From: Polyangiales bacterium
GTDB taxonomy: Bacteria > Myxococcota_A > Polyangia > Polyangiales > Ga0077539
Direction: 5' to 3'
Assembly (NCBI GenBank): GCA_044229975.1
Contig: JBGARZ010000003.1
Span: 544,001-608,000, forward strand
Length of the DNA: 64,000 nucleotides
The notes below the pieces were generated by a model. It did no database searches. It worked only from the letters and a program-made list of their open reading frames with translations, and was not told the DNA's origin. This document shows, piece after piece, positions 41,638 through 50,490 of this stretch (the stretch's first letter is position 1; each line of letters opens with the position of its first letter). The translations under genes were made by a program, and so were the position numbers.

Positions 41638-41638
41638 T

Positions 41639-43054
41639 TCAGCTCCCGGTCTTGCGGCGCGCGGGAGTCGCCGCGGGCTTCGAGCGCACGACACCGGGGC
41701 CCACCCGAACGGCGTTGGGCAGCGGCGCGTTGGGCGACTTCGCGATGGCCTCGATGAGGGCCGCGGGGTCGCTCCACCGCGGCTGCGGCAGCGAGCGCCC
41801 CGGCTTGTGGAACATCAGCACCCGGTCGACCTTGGTGGCCTCTCCGCGGTGCGCGAGCCCCCAGATCTTGGACACCTTGCCGAGCTGATTGACGTCGTCG
41901 GTCACCGCCGCGCCGAGCACCAGCGGAACCTCGTCCTTCATCGACTCCCACGCTTCGAGCGCGAGGGTTCGGGAGCCGTGTTCCTTGTTGCGGACGTCGC
42001 CGATGGTGACGGCGCAGACGCCGTCGTCGCGCAGCACCCGCGCGCACTCGGTGAGCACGGTCTTGAGGAAGCCGCAGTAGCCCTTGAAGCGCATGCGATC
42101 ACTGAGCGCGAGGCGACGGTCGGTGGCCTCGACGCGGAGCGAGCGATCGACGTCGGACACCGACTCGCCGAGGAGCCACAGCCTGATCCAGTTGAACTTC
42201 CCGTAGCGCACGACGTTGAGGTACGGCGGCGACGTGACGATGAGCTTCGCGCTGCCGGGCTCGACGATGGCGGAGAGCCTGCGAGCGTCGCCGCGCAGCG
42301 CCTGTCCGCGCTGGGCGGGCACCCCTTCGGCGAACTCGAAGTGCATCCGCAGACGGAGCTTCTCGAAGGCATCGAAGGGCGGCCGCACGAGCTTCTTCTC
42401 GGCGATGTACCGGGCGAGGTAGCCGGGCGACATGCTGAAGGTGTTGGGCATCGACACGCTGAGGCAGCGCGAGCTGACGACGTCGCGGGTGTGGTTGCCA
42501 TGGAGGATGCCGGCGAGGGACGCGAGCAGGAAGCGGTCGGTGCGATCGCGCGGGTCGAGGCACGCCTTCATGTGGAGCATCTGTGGGAGCGTGACCGTCT
42601 CCTCGAAGAGCATGCGGATCTCCGGCGGCGCACGATCGCCCACCGGCGCCGGGACGTACGAGCGCTGGAGCTCATCGAGGCGACGCAGTGTGTCTTCGAG
42701 GCACGGCGGATCGAGCTTTACGGCCGTGAGCATCGACGCGAGCGGGTTGAGGTCGACGCCGATGCCGGTGCGCCCGGCGAGGCACGCTTCGAGCGGCGCG
42801 GTGCCGCGACCCGAGAAGGGGTCGAGCACCGTGTCGCCGGGCTCGGTGAGCTGCTCGATGAGGTAGCGCGGTAGTCCGGGGGGGAAGCTCCCCATGTACG
42901 AACAGAGCGAGTGGAAGACGTGACCGTAGCGGCGACCGAGGCCCTTCCACCACGGCGCGAGCCACGGCGCCTGCACCTCCCCGCTCAGCGAAGGAAACAC
43001 AGACGAGTCGAGCTCGTCGGAGGGTTGAACCGGTAGGAGCTCCAGGGTCTGCAC
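41639..43054 (-). CDS. DNA methyltransferase, probably N4-cytosine, alpha motif order
   Basis: VLDPFSGRGT (motif I) precedes VTSPPY (motif IV); start (GTG) approximate. Confidence 0.85.
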   Translation of the reverse strand: MQTLELLPVQPSDELDSSVFPSLSGEVQAPWLAPWWKGLGRRYGHVFHSLCSYMGSFPPGLPRYLIEQLTEPGDTVLDPFSGRGTAPLEACLAGRTGIGVDLNPLASMLTAVKLDPPCLEDTLRRLDELQRSYVPAPVGDRAPPEIRMLFEETVTLPQMLHMKACLDPRDRTDRFLLASLAGILHGNHTRDVVSSRCLSVSMPNTFSMSPGYLARYIAEKKLVRPPFDAFEKLRLRMHFEFAEGVPAQRGQALRGDARRLSAIVEPGSAKLIVTSPPYLNVVRYGKFNWIRLWLLGESVSDVDRSLRVEATDRRLALSDRMRFKGYCGFLKTVLTECARVLRDDGVCAVTIGDVRNKEHGSRTLALEAWESMKDEVPLVLGAAVTDDVNQLGKVSKIWGLAHRGEATKVDRVLMFHKPGRSLPQPRWSDPAALIEAIAKSPNAPLPNAVRVGPGVVRSKPAATPARRKTGS

Positions 43055-43135
43055 CTCCGAGGGAATGCCCTGTCGAGAGGGTGCGACGCAAGAGTTTCGA
43101 GCCGATCGTCGCGGTGCCACTATCGCGCGAGGCGA

Positions 43136-43591
43136 TTGATGACCCGAGCCGAGGCCACGCGATCGATGCTGCTGGCGCTGTTGCTCGCCGCGGAGGCGGT
43201 CATCGCGCTCGCCCGGGTCCGCACCGACCGGGCCGCACCCGTCTCGGGGCGCTTCTCGTGGAGCATGTTCGGCGGGCCCATCACCGGGCGCTGTCACCAC
43301 TCGCTCACCGCCCACGACGCGCTCGGCCACCCGGTCGCCGTCCCGTTGCCGCGCGACAACCCCGCGTTGCGCGCAGTTCTCCTGGCCGACGTCCCGACCC
43401 GCTTCGCCGCGGTGGTGCCGTGGTTCGCGCCCTATGCCGACAGCGACGCCGACGTCTCCCGCTCGCTCGACGACCTGCTCGGTCGCTACCACCGCGCAAG
43501 CGCCCCCAGGCTGGACCTCACCAGTCAACTCCGCTGCAACAGCCCGGGCGCTCGCCCCTTCGCCCGCACCGCGCGATGGCCGGCGCGCTGA
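43136..43591 (+). CDS. Hypothetical membrane-anchored protein, partner of HTTM gene
   Basis: N-terminal hydrophobic helix, GRFSWSMF motif; overlaps the next gene start. Confidence 0.6.
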   Translation: MMTRAEATRSMLLALLLAAEAVIALARVRTDRAAPVSGRFSWSMFGGPITGRCHHSLTAHDALGHPVAVPLPRDNPALRAVLLADVPTRFAAVVPWFAPYADSDADVSRSLDDLLGRYHRASAPRLDLTSQLRCNSPGARPFARTARWPAR

Positions 43592-44655
43592 CCCCCTCGC
43601 CCATCCGCGACCGCGCCCTCTTTGCGGGCGTCGCGGCGCTGCTCTTCCTCGGCGCGCACCACGCCATGGTCGAGTGGCGCCCTGCCATCGCGCTGTGGTC
43701 CGTCGGGCGCTCGCCCCCGTGGACGTGGCTACCCCCGATCGCGCTCGTCGCGCTCCACGGGTTCGCGCTGGCGATGCTGCTCTCCCCCTCCCGCCGCGCG
43801 TTCGCCTTCGCGGCCTGCGCAACGCTCGCCTCGCTCTACGCCGCCATTCCAGCGACCTACCACAACAACCACTACCTGCTCTTCCTGCTGCTCCTCCTGG
43901 TGGCGCTGGTGCCGGTCGACCTCGCGCGCGCCATCCGCTGGCAGCTCTCGCTCGTCTACTTCGCGTCTGCCGTCGTGAAGCTCACCCACCCGTGGTGGCG
44001 CGGAACGGGCGGCGTCCTCCGCTGGCTCGCCGAGACCCGCGCCCCCGAGTCCAACCCCGACGCGCTGCTCCCACGCGTGCTCGCCCCGCTGCTCTCGCGA
44101 CCGATCCCCTCACGCCTCGCCGACGTCGCTACCATCGCCCTCGAACTCGCACTCCCCTTCGCGCTCGCCCTGCCTCGCACCCGACGCCCCGCCATCGTCG
44201 TCGGCGCGCTCCTCCACCTGTCCATGCAGGAGTGGCTGTTCCCCCAGCTCTTCACCTTCCTCATGCTGCTCGGGTACGCCGCGTGGTCACCCGCCGGCGA
44301 CCGCGCCTGGACCTTCTCTTCGAGCTCCCCGCGCCTCGCCCGCGTTGTGTCCCTGGCCGACGCGCTCCATCGCATCGAGATCCTCGCGCCCACCGACTCC
44401 ACCGTGCTCACCAGCCCCGATGCCCTGCGCCTCCGCGGATGGCGCGCCCTCCCATGGCTCCTCGCGCTCTCGCCATGCTCCGTCATCGCCTACGCCGCCC
44501 TCGCGCTCGCCTTCCCAGACCTTCGCTCCATTGGCCCCATCCCTCGTGACGCCATCGAGAACCTCGTGGTCGCCCTCTTCCTCGTGACCCTCGCGACCTC
44601 CCGACTCTCGGCGGGCCTCGCGACTCCCTGGGAGGAAAACATCCCACCCAAATGA
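43576..44655 (+). CDS. HTTM-domain (vitamin K-dependent carboxylase/SdpB-like) membrane protein
   Basis: YHNNHYL, IRWQLSLVYFASAVVKL...W..G, ELALP, LH motifs; many TMs. Confidence 0.75.
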   Translation: MAGALTPSPIRDRALFAGVAALLFLGAHHAMVEWRPAIALWSVGRSPPWTWLPPIALVALHGFALAMLLSPSRRAFAFAACATLASLYAAIPATYHNNHYLLFLLLLLVALVPVDLARAIRWQLSLVYFASAVVKLTHPWWRGTGGVLRWLAETRAPESNPDALLPRVLAPLLSRPIPSRLADVATIALELALPFALALPRTRRPAIVVGALLHLSMQEWLFPQLFTFLMLLGYAAWSPAGDRAWTFSSSSPRLARVVSLADALHRIEILAPTDSTVLTSPDALRLRGWRALPWLLALSPCSVIAYAALALAFPDLRSIGPIPRDAIENLVVALFLVTLATSRLSAGLATPWEENIPPK

Positions 44656-44756
44656 ACACCCGAACTCCCAGGCACCGCCCGACCTCCCACCCTGGTCGAT
44701 GAGAGCCGACGCGCTGAAACGCACGGGTCTGTTCCCACAGCGAGTGCCTCTTCCCT

Positions 44757-44773
44757 CTGGCACATCGACTGCA
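44757..44773 (+). promoter_or_regulatory. Putative sigma-54 (-24/-12) promoter of the flp/tad operon
   Basis: cTGGCACatcgaCTGCA: GG-N10-GC spacing, 13 bp before the first pilin-like ORF. Confidence 0.7.
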
Positions 44774-44786
44774 CTAGCCTCGGCCC

Positions 44787-44972
44787 GTGAGCGATCTGCG
44801 GCGAAATCTGCGAGCCCTGCACGACGACCAGTCGGGCGCGGCCTTCGTGGAATACGTGGTGGTGCTCCTGCTGATCGGCACCGTGGCGTCCGTCGCCACC
44901 TACTCACTGGGTAGGCCGTTCGTCGACTACTATCGGTTCGCGCAGCTCATCGTCTCGATGCCATTCCCGTGA
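44787..44972 (+). CDS. Flp-type pilin-like protein
   Basis: LHDDQSG|AAFVEY followed by a hydrophobic helix. Confidence 0.78.
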   Translation: MSDLRRNLRALHDDQSGAAFVEYVVVLLLIGTVASVATYSLGRPFVDYYRFAQLIVSMPFP

Positions 44973-45028
44973 TCGTCCGCGATCACGTCGGGCAGACCGT
45001 TCAAAACCACGTCAGGAAGGACTCGATC

Positions 45029-45211
45029 ATGAACAACAAGAAGAACCTCAAGGCGCTGCTCCGGGACGACGCGGGTCTCTCCACCGTGGAGTACGTGATC
45101 ATCCTCATCCTCATCGCCGTGGTCGGCATCTCCGCCTGGCGCACCTTCGGCAACAACGTCGTCGGCAAGATCACCTCGGGCAGCAACCAGATCCAGGGCC
45201 TCGGACCGTGA
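45029..45211 (+). CDS. flp: Flp family type IVc pilin
   Basis: LLRDDAG|LSTVEYVIILILIAVVGI; RBS AGGAAGGA. Confidence 0.92.
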   Translation: MNNKKNLKALLRDDAGLSTVEYVIILILIAVVGISAWRTFGNNVVGKITSGSNQIQGLGP

Positions 45212-45256
45212 TCTGACGGGGCGGGCCCTCAGCCCGTCCAATCCCCACCTGCATCG

Positions 45257-45886
45257 GTGGGCGATCGTGGTTGTCTCGCGGCGCGCCGCGGCCTACTCCC
45301 CTTTCCAGTCGGAGTACCCGCGGCGCAGCCATTTTGGAGGTCTCTTTTGCTGGGCGGATCGGTCGGTCTCTTCAACGTCGCGCTCGCAGTGCTCGTCACC
45401 GCAGCCGCGGGGTATTTCGACTTCCGCACCGGCCGCATTCCCAACTGGTTGACCTACGGCGCCATGGCCCTCGGTGTCGCGCTCCGCACCCTCCAGGCTC
45501 AGCCCCACGGCGTCGGCGCCCTCAACAGCCTCTTCGGCATGCTCGTCTGCCTGCTCGTCCCCTACCTGATCTGGCGGAAGGACGGCATGGCCGGCGGCGA
45601 CGTGAAGATGTTCGTCGCGCTCGGCGCCATCCTCGGCGCCTTCCACGGCATCGAAGCGCAGTTCTATGCCTACGTCGCCGGCAGTCTGCTCTCGATGGGG
45701 CGCCTCGCCTGGCACGGCAAACTCCTCGGCGTCCTCGCCAACTCCTTCTTCCTCGCCCTCAACCCGGTGATGCCCCGCGCCTGGCGTCGGGAGATCCCCG
45801 TCGAGATGCTCACGCGCTTCCGCCTGGGCGGCTCGATCTTCGCAGGCACCTGTGTGTCTGCCCTCTCCCTCCTACCCACCGTGTGA
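45257..45886 (+). CDS. cpaA: A24 prepilin peptidase (CpaA/TadV)
   Basis: DFRTGRIPNWLT and GGDVKM aspartate motifs; true start may be about 90 bp downstream. Confidence 0.88.
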   Translation: MGDRGCLAARRGLLPFPVGVPAAQPFWRSLLLGGSVGLFNVALAVLVTAAAGYFDFRTGRIPNWLTYGAMALGVALRTLQAQPHGVGALNSLFGMLVCLLVPYLIWRKDGMAGGDVKMFVALGAILGAFHGIEAQFYAYVAGSLLSMGRLAWHGKLLGVLANSFFLALNPVMPRAWRREIPVEMLTRFRLGGSIFAGTCVSALSLLPTV

Positions 45887-45897
45887 CGAGCCAACGC

Positions 45898-46884
45898 ATG
45901 AGCGCCACGAACACACGCCCGCGCCCCTCGCTCCACCAGGACACGGGCGGAGCCGTCTACGTCGAGTTCCTCGTCGCCTTCATCCCCTTCTTCATCCTCG
46001 TTCTTGGGATGATGCAGCTCGCCCTGCTGTACAGCGCTCACCTGGTGGTGCAGCACGCGGCTGCCTCGGCGGCCAGGGCGGCGATCGTGGTCTTCCCCGA
46101 CTGCCCGGCCCGTTACGACGGCGCCCCCGAAAACGTCGTCAACGGCGGCGGGCGCGGCGACGACCCGGCCTCGGCCCTCGGCTCCATCTTCGGCGCGGGC
46201 GCTCCTCCCGGCGGCATCGGCCTCGGCGGCAGCTCCACCAGCGGCGGCGCTCGCCTCGACGCCGTGCGCTTCGCGGCCGGCTTTCCCCTCGTTGCAACTT
46301 CCCCCTCCCTCGACGAGCTCACCCACGATCGCGACCCGCGTCGTCAGGGCATCTACGACGCCATCGGCGGCACCACCTCGCCCGCCGTGCGCCTCGCTCT
46401 CGGGGCGCTCGCCTACAACAACGTCGCGATGGCGGTGACCTTCCCCCGCAGCGTGCGCGAGGCCCAGTACCTCGATCGCTTCCGCGACAGCCGCGCCGAC
46501 CTCACCACGCGCGTCACGTACCTCTTCCACTGCGGCGTCCCCATCGTGTCGAAGATGGCCTGTGACGACGCGCTCCAGCTCTTCACCAACATCCCGCTGG
46601 AGCAGATCCGTCAGGCCACCGAGTCCATCCGCGCAGGCCGCGGCTCCATCCGCGACGTGCAGATCCAGATGGACACCGTGCAGGCCGCCCGCGAGCGCCT
46701 CCAGGCCGCGCAGCCCGGGCTCGACGAGCTCTCTCGCACGGGCGTCGGCTCGTCGCTGAGCGCCGTCCTCCTCGGCCTCACCGGCGGCCACTACTACGTC
46801 ATTCGCGCCGAGGCGACGCTGCCCCTCCAGGGCATCGACCGGCGCATCGCTGGCGCTTGCTACAACGCTTCCCGCTCGAGGTAA
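45898..46884 (+). CDS. TadE-like minor pilin with long C-terminal extension
   Basis: G|AVYVEFLVAF...HAAASAARAA. Confidence 0.85.
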   Translation: MSATNTRPRPSLHQDTGGAVYVEFLVAFIPFFILVLGMMQLALLYSAHLVVQHAAASAARAAIVVFPDCPARYDGAPENVVNGGGRGDDPASALGSIFGAGAPPGGIGLGGSSTSGGARLDAVRFAAGFPLVATSPSLDELTHDRDPRRQGIYDAIGGTTSPAVRLALGALAYNNVAMAVTFPRSVREAQYLDRFRDSRADLTTRVTYLFHCGVPIVSKMACDDALQLFTNIPLEQIRQATESIRAGRGSIRDVQIQMDTVQAARERLQAAQPGLDELSRTGVGSSLSAVLLGLTGGHYYVIRAEATLPLQGIDRRIAGACYNASRSR

Positions 46885-46889
46885 TCCCC

Positions 46890-48002
46890 ATGCGCGCCGC
46901 CAACACCCGCACGCTGTCTGACCTCCATCGCGACGACTCCGGCGCCATCATGGTGATCGGCGTCTTCATGGCGATGCTGGTGACCGGGTTCCTCTATTAC
47001 ATCATCGGAATTGGCAACACGATCATCTTCCGCGAGCGCATGCAGGACGCGGCCGACGCCGTCGCCTTCTCTGGCGCCGTCATGCACGCCCGGGGCATGA
47101 ACCTCATCGCCATCATCAACATCGTGATGGCGCTGCTGGTCTCCATCCTCTTCGCGATGCGCCTCATCCAGTACGCCCTCTTCGCTGCCGCCGCCTTCAC
47201 CGTGTGGGCCCCGCCGCTGTCCGCGACGCTCGCGAACTTCGGCAACATCGTCCGCAACATGGCCAACACCTACCAGAACAGCATCGTCGAGCCGGCGCTG
47301 CGCCTCGGGCACTCGGCCCAGGATGTCATCCGCACGACGTGGCCGTACCTCGCGCAGACCCGCGTCGTGGTGACGACGCTCTCGGGCACCTACCGCCCGC
47401 CGGTCACCGCCGGCTTCATCCACCCGATGATCGATCACCCGCTGCCTGTGCGGCCGGTCAACATTCGCAGCACCTGTCTCCACGCCGCGGAGCCCATCTC
47501 GCGCTTCATCACGTTCCCGCTGTCGTTCATCCCGGGCATCAGTCGGGTGGCGAGCTGGATCACGCGCTTCCTCGACGAGGCGATGGCCCTGTTCTTCTGC
47601 CCTCGCAACGACTCCAGCATGCGCCCGCACGAGATCGACCCCGGCGACGGGAGCTGCAACGACGGCATGCCCGGTCAGGACTGCGAGTACGTCCAGATCC
47701 GCGGCATCGTCATCGGCTCGCCGCCCTTCACCAACAACGAGAAGGGCGTCTCGATGGCCGCGTGGGGACGTAGCGCGGGCGGCGGCGGGCTCTTCGGCGC
47801 CATCGGCAACCTGTCCCGCGTCGGGCTCGCGCAGGCCGAGTACTACTACGAGGGCGACGAGGCCCGCGACGAGTGGACCTGGCACATGTACTGGCGTGCC
47901 CGCTTCCGCCGCTTCCGCATGCCGAGCAACCTCACGGGCATCAGCGGCGCCGTGGGCCCGGGCATCGACCTCAGCATCATCGACCGGGTCATCATCCACT
48001 GA
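46890..48002 (+). CDS. TadG-like pilus assembly protein
   Basis: DDSG|AIMVIG...MQDAADAVAFSGA...ARGMNLIA. Confidence 0.82.
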   Translation: MRAANTRTLSDLHRDDSGAIMVIGVFMAMLVTGFLYYIIGIGNTIIFRERMQDAADAVAFSGAVMHARGMNLIAIINIVMALLVSILFAMRLIQYALFAAAAFTVWAPPLSATLANFGNIVRNMANTYQNSIVEPALRLGHSAQDVIRTTWPYLAQTRVVVTTLSGTYRPPVTAGFIHPMIDHPLPVRPVNIRSTCLHAAEPISRFITFPLSFIPGISRVASWITRFLDEAMALFFCPRNDSSMRPHEIDPGDGSCNDGMPGQDCEYVQIRGIVIGSPPFTNNEKGVSMAAWGRSAGGGGLFGAIGNLSRVGLAQAEYYYEGDEARDEWTWHMYWRARFRRFRMPSNLTGISGAVGPGIDLSIIDRVIIH

Positions 48003-48016
48003 GAGGATCTGCCGAC

Positions 48017-48520
48017 GTGAACGCAACGACGACCCGACAGCCCCGCCGCCGACCCCGCCACTCTTCGCGAGGCGCCGCCTACGCCGAGACCGTGGTGATG
48101 CTCCCATTCTTCGTGGCGGTGTTCTCCTGCATGATGTTCGTGCACAAGGCCTGGAGCACCAAGCTCTACGTGATGGAGGAGAACCGCCATTGCGTGATGA
48201 GCTACGCCTACGAGGCCTGCGAGCGTCGGCCCCCGGGTTGCGCCCATGTGCAGACCGGCACCGACGCCAACCCCGGTGAGCGCCCCGGCGCGCTCAACTC
48301 GTTGCAAAACCTCCTCGGCGGCGCGGGCGGCGCGCTGCTCGGCGGCTTCTTCGGCCAGACCGCCTCGGGTCGGCTCACCCGCACCGTGGCGCGTCCGACG
48401 CTCCTCGGCGGCGGTTCGCTCGGCGCGCTCGCGGCCAACAGCATGGCCTGCAACACCAAGCGCATGACGCCGGCCGACGTCGCGCGGCAGCTCTTCTGCG
48501 GCGTCGTCCCCATCTGCTGA
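48017..48520 (+). CDS. TadE-like minor pilin, Cys-containing
   Basis: RG|AAYAETVVMLPFF; GTG start after GAGAGG. Confidence 0.72.
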   Translation: MNATTTRQPRRRPRHSSRGAAYAETVVMLPFFVAVFSCMMFVHKAWSTKLYVMEENRHCVMSYAYEACERRPPGCAHVQTGTDANPGERPGALNSLQNLLGGAGGALLGGFFGQTASGRLTRTVARPTLLGGGSLGALAANSMACNTKRMTPADVARQLFCGVVPIC

Positions 48521-48546
48521 TTGTCCTTGGGAGGAAAGAGGCGCTC

Positions 48547-49488
48547 ATGTTTCGTCGCATCCGACAGCTCCCGCAGCTCACGCGACTCGGCGCGTTCGTG
48601 GTCACGGGCATGCTCGTCACCGCCGTGGTCAGCGTGCGCTCGGCCCGCGCCCAGGTGAACGAGGGCCTGCGCCACCTCGCGCGCCAGCTCATGCCGTACG
48701 CCGAGCAGGGCGTGATGGAGTCCCCCCGCCGCGTGCTGATCAACGGCGAGTCGCTGTACCTCGCCATGGGCACCACCCGCGACGGTGTCGACGCGGTGCT
48801 CGACTACTACGAGGCCCGCTGCGCCCGCAGCTCGGGGCACCTCGCCGAGAGCCTGCGCGGCCTCGACCACGCCACCTTCAACCAGCTCTGGACGCCCGGC
48901 TCGCGCCGCGCCGCCGCCCTCGAGACGGTGCGCTTCGGCGACGCCGACGGCGGCTACGTCGCCTGCCTCGACGTCGGTGAGACGCGCCTCAATCCGCAGG
49001 AGATCCTGCGCCGCGCCGAGTCCATGATCGCCACCGGCGACCTCGCCCGCTACGGCGACCTTCGCTACGCGTACGTCACGCGCAGCACCACCGGCGGCAC
49101 GCGCATCCTCACCGTCGCCACGCAGGGTCAGTTCAACATCCTGCGACTCTTCCCCGAGCAGGGTGACGCGCCCGGCGCCGACATCCCCGGCCTCGCCCGC
49201 TACCCCCAGATGCGGCGCGTGATCTCGGCCTACGAAGACGGCATCCCCAACAAGCTCGGCGTGTACACCGTGCGCGCTCCCGCGGCGCAGGTTCGCACCT
49301 TCTACCGCGACGAGATGGCCCGCCGCGGGTGGACCGTCCTCGACCTCCCGCGCGGCCGTCAGTTGCCGCCCGAGATCGAAGCCCGCCGCGACCGCATGGT
49401 CGCCTTCGAGAAGGGCCAGGAGACCCTCTTCCTGGTCTTCGATCACGCCGACGGCGTGACCTCGATGATGTCCCTCCTCGGTCGCTGA
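48547..49488 (+). CDS. Hypothetical secreted/membrane-anchored protein in tad operon
   Basis: GGAGG RBS, N-terminal hydrophobic segment, host-like codon usage. Confidence 0.75.
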   Translation: MFRRIRQLPQLTRLGAFVVTGMLVTAVVSVRSARAQVNEGLRHLARQLMPYAEQGVMESPRRVLINGESLYLAMGTTRDGVDAVLDYYEARCARSSGHLAESLRGLDHATFNQLWTPGSRRAAALETVRFGDADGGYVACLDVGETRLNPQEILRRAESMIATGDLARYGDLRYAYVTRSTTGGTRILTVATQGQFNILRLFPEQGDAPGADIPGLARYPQMRRVISAYEDGIPNKLGVYTVRAPAAQVRTFYRDEMARRGWTVLDLPRGRQLPPEIEARRDRMVAFEKGQETLFLVFDHADGVTSMMSLLGR

Positions 49489-49636
49489 TCCCTCATCCTT
49501 CCATCGCACACCGCGACGCCCCCACGAGGCTTTCGAAGCCGTTGTGTCGGGTGATGCGTTCGGCGTAGGCTGCGGCCCGCGAGACCCGGCCGAGGTCGGC
49601 CCCGCGCTGACCCTCCCGCCTCCGGAGACCGATGGG

Positions 49637-50470
49637 ATGAACACCAAGGCGCTCATCATTGCGATCGGTGCAGCAGCCCTCGGGCTGGTGCTGTTGCTCC
49701 TCTACAAACAACGCTTCGAGGCTGAAGCCTCGGGCGGCGTCCCGGTGCGCGTGCTCATCGCGGTGCAGGACATCCCCCTCGGCGCGGCCCTCTCCGAAAA
49801 CATGATGGGCTACCGGCTCATCCCCCAGGCCTACCTGGAAGATCGCTTCATCCGGTACTCGGACGTCCGCCGCATCATCGGCGTGCGCGTCTCCAACGGC
49901 CTGCGCGCCAACCAGACCGTGATGTGGACCGACCTCGCCACCGCCTCCGATGCGCGGCGCGACCTGTCGTCCCTCGTCTCCACGGGCATGCGCGCGATTA
50001 CCGTCCGCGCCGACATCACCAACTCCTTCGGCGGCCTCCTCCGCCCCGGCGACCGCGTCGACGTGCTCGGCACCCTCTCCCGCACCGGCGGCGAGACCGA
50101 CCGCGTGACCATCCCGCTGCTCCAGAACGTCCTCGTGCTCGCTGCTGGTCGTGACACCGGCGGCGAGGCCCAGCGGCAGACGGTCAACGGCACCGCCACC
50201 ACCAACGCGCCGGTGGAGATCTCGCAGATCACCCTAAGCGTCTCGATGGAGGAAGCCCAGCTCCTCACCTACGCCGCCGATCGCGGCGGCGCGGGCGGGC
50301 GGCACACCGGCCTCACCCTGGTGCTCCGTAACCCCGAGGACATCGCGATCCTCGAAGGCGTCCCGGAGACCAACATCGAGGACATCTTCGAGCCGACACG
50401 ACGCGCCAACGTCTCGCGACGCCGACGCCAGGTCATCGAGCGCATCGGCTCGCAGGCCCCCACCCTCTGA
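49637..50470 (+). CDS. cpaB: Flp pilus assembly protein CpaB/RcpC
   Basis: SAF domain (VLIAVQDIPLG), GMRAITV, LRPGDRVDV, LLQNVLVLA. Confidence 0.93.
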   Translation: MNTKALIIAIGAAALGLVLLLLYKQRFEAEASGGVPVRVLIAVQDIPLGAALSENMMGYRLIPQAYLEDRFIRYSDVRRIIGVRVSNGLRANQTVMWTDLATASDARRDLSSLVSTGMRAITVRADITNSFGGLLRPGDRVDVLGTLSRTGGETDRVTIPLLQNVLVLAAGRDTGGEAQRQTVNGTATTNAPVEISQITLSVSMEEAQLLTYAADRGGAGGRHTGLTLVLRNPEDIAILEGVPETNIEDIFEPTRRANVSRRRRQVIERIGSQAPTL

Positions 50471-50490
50471 ACCACCACGCGGTCGCACCC

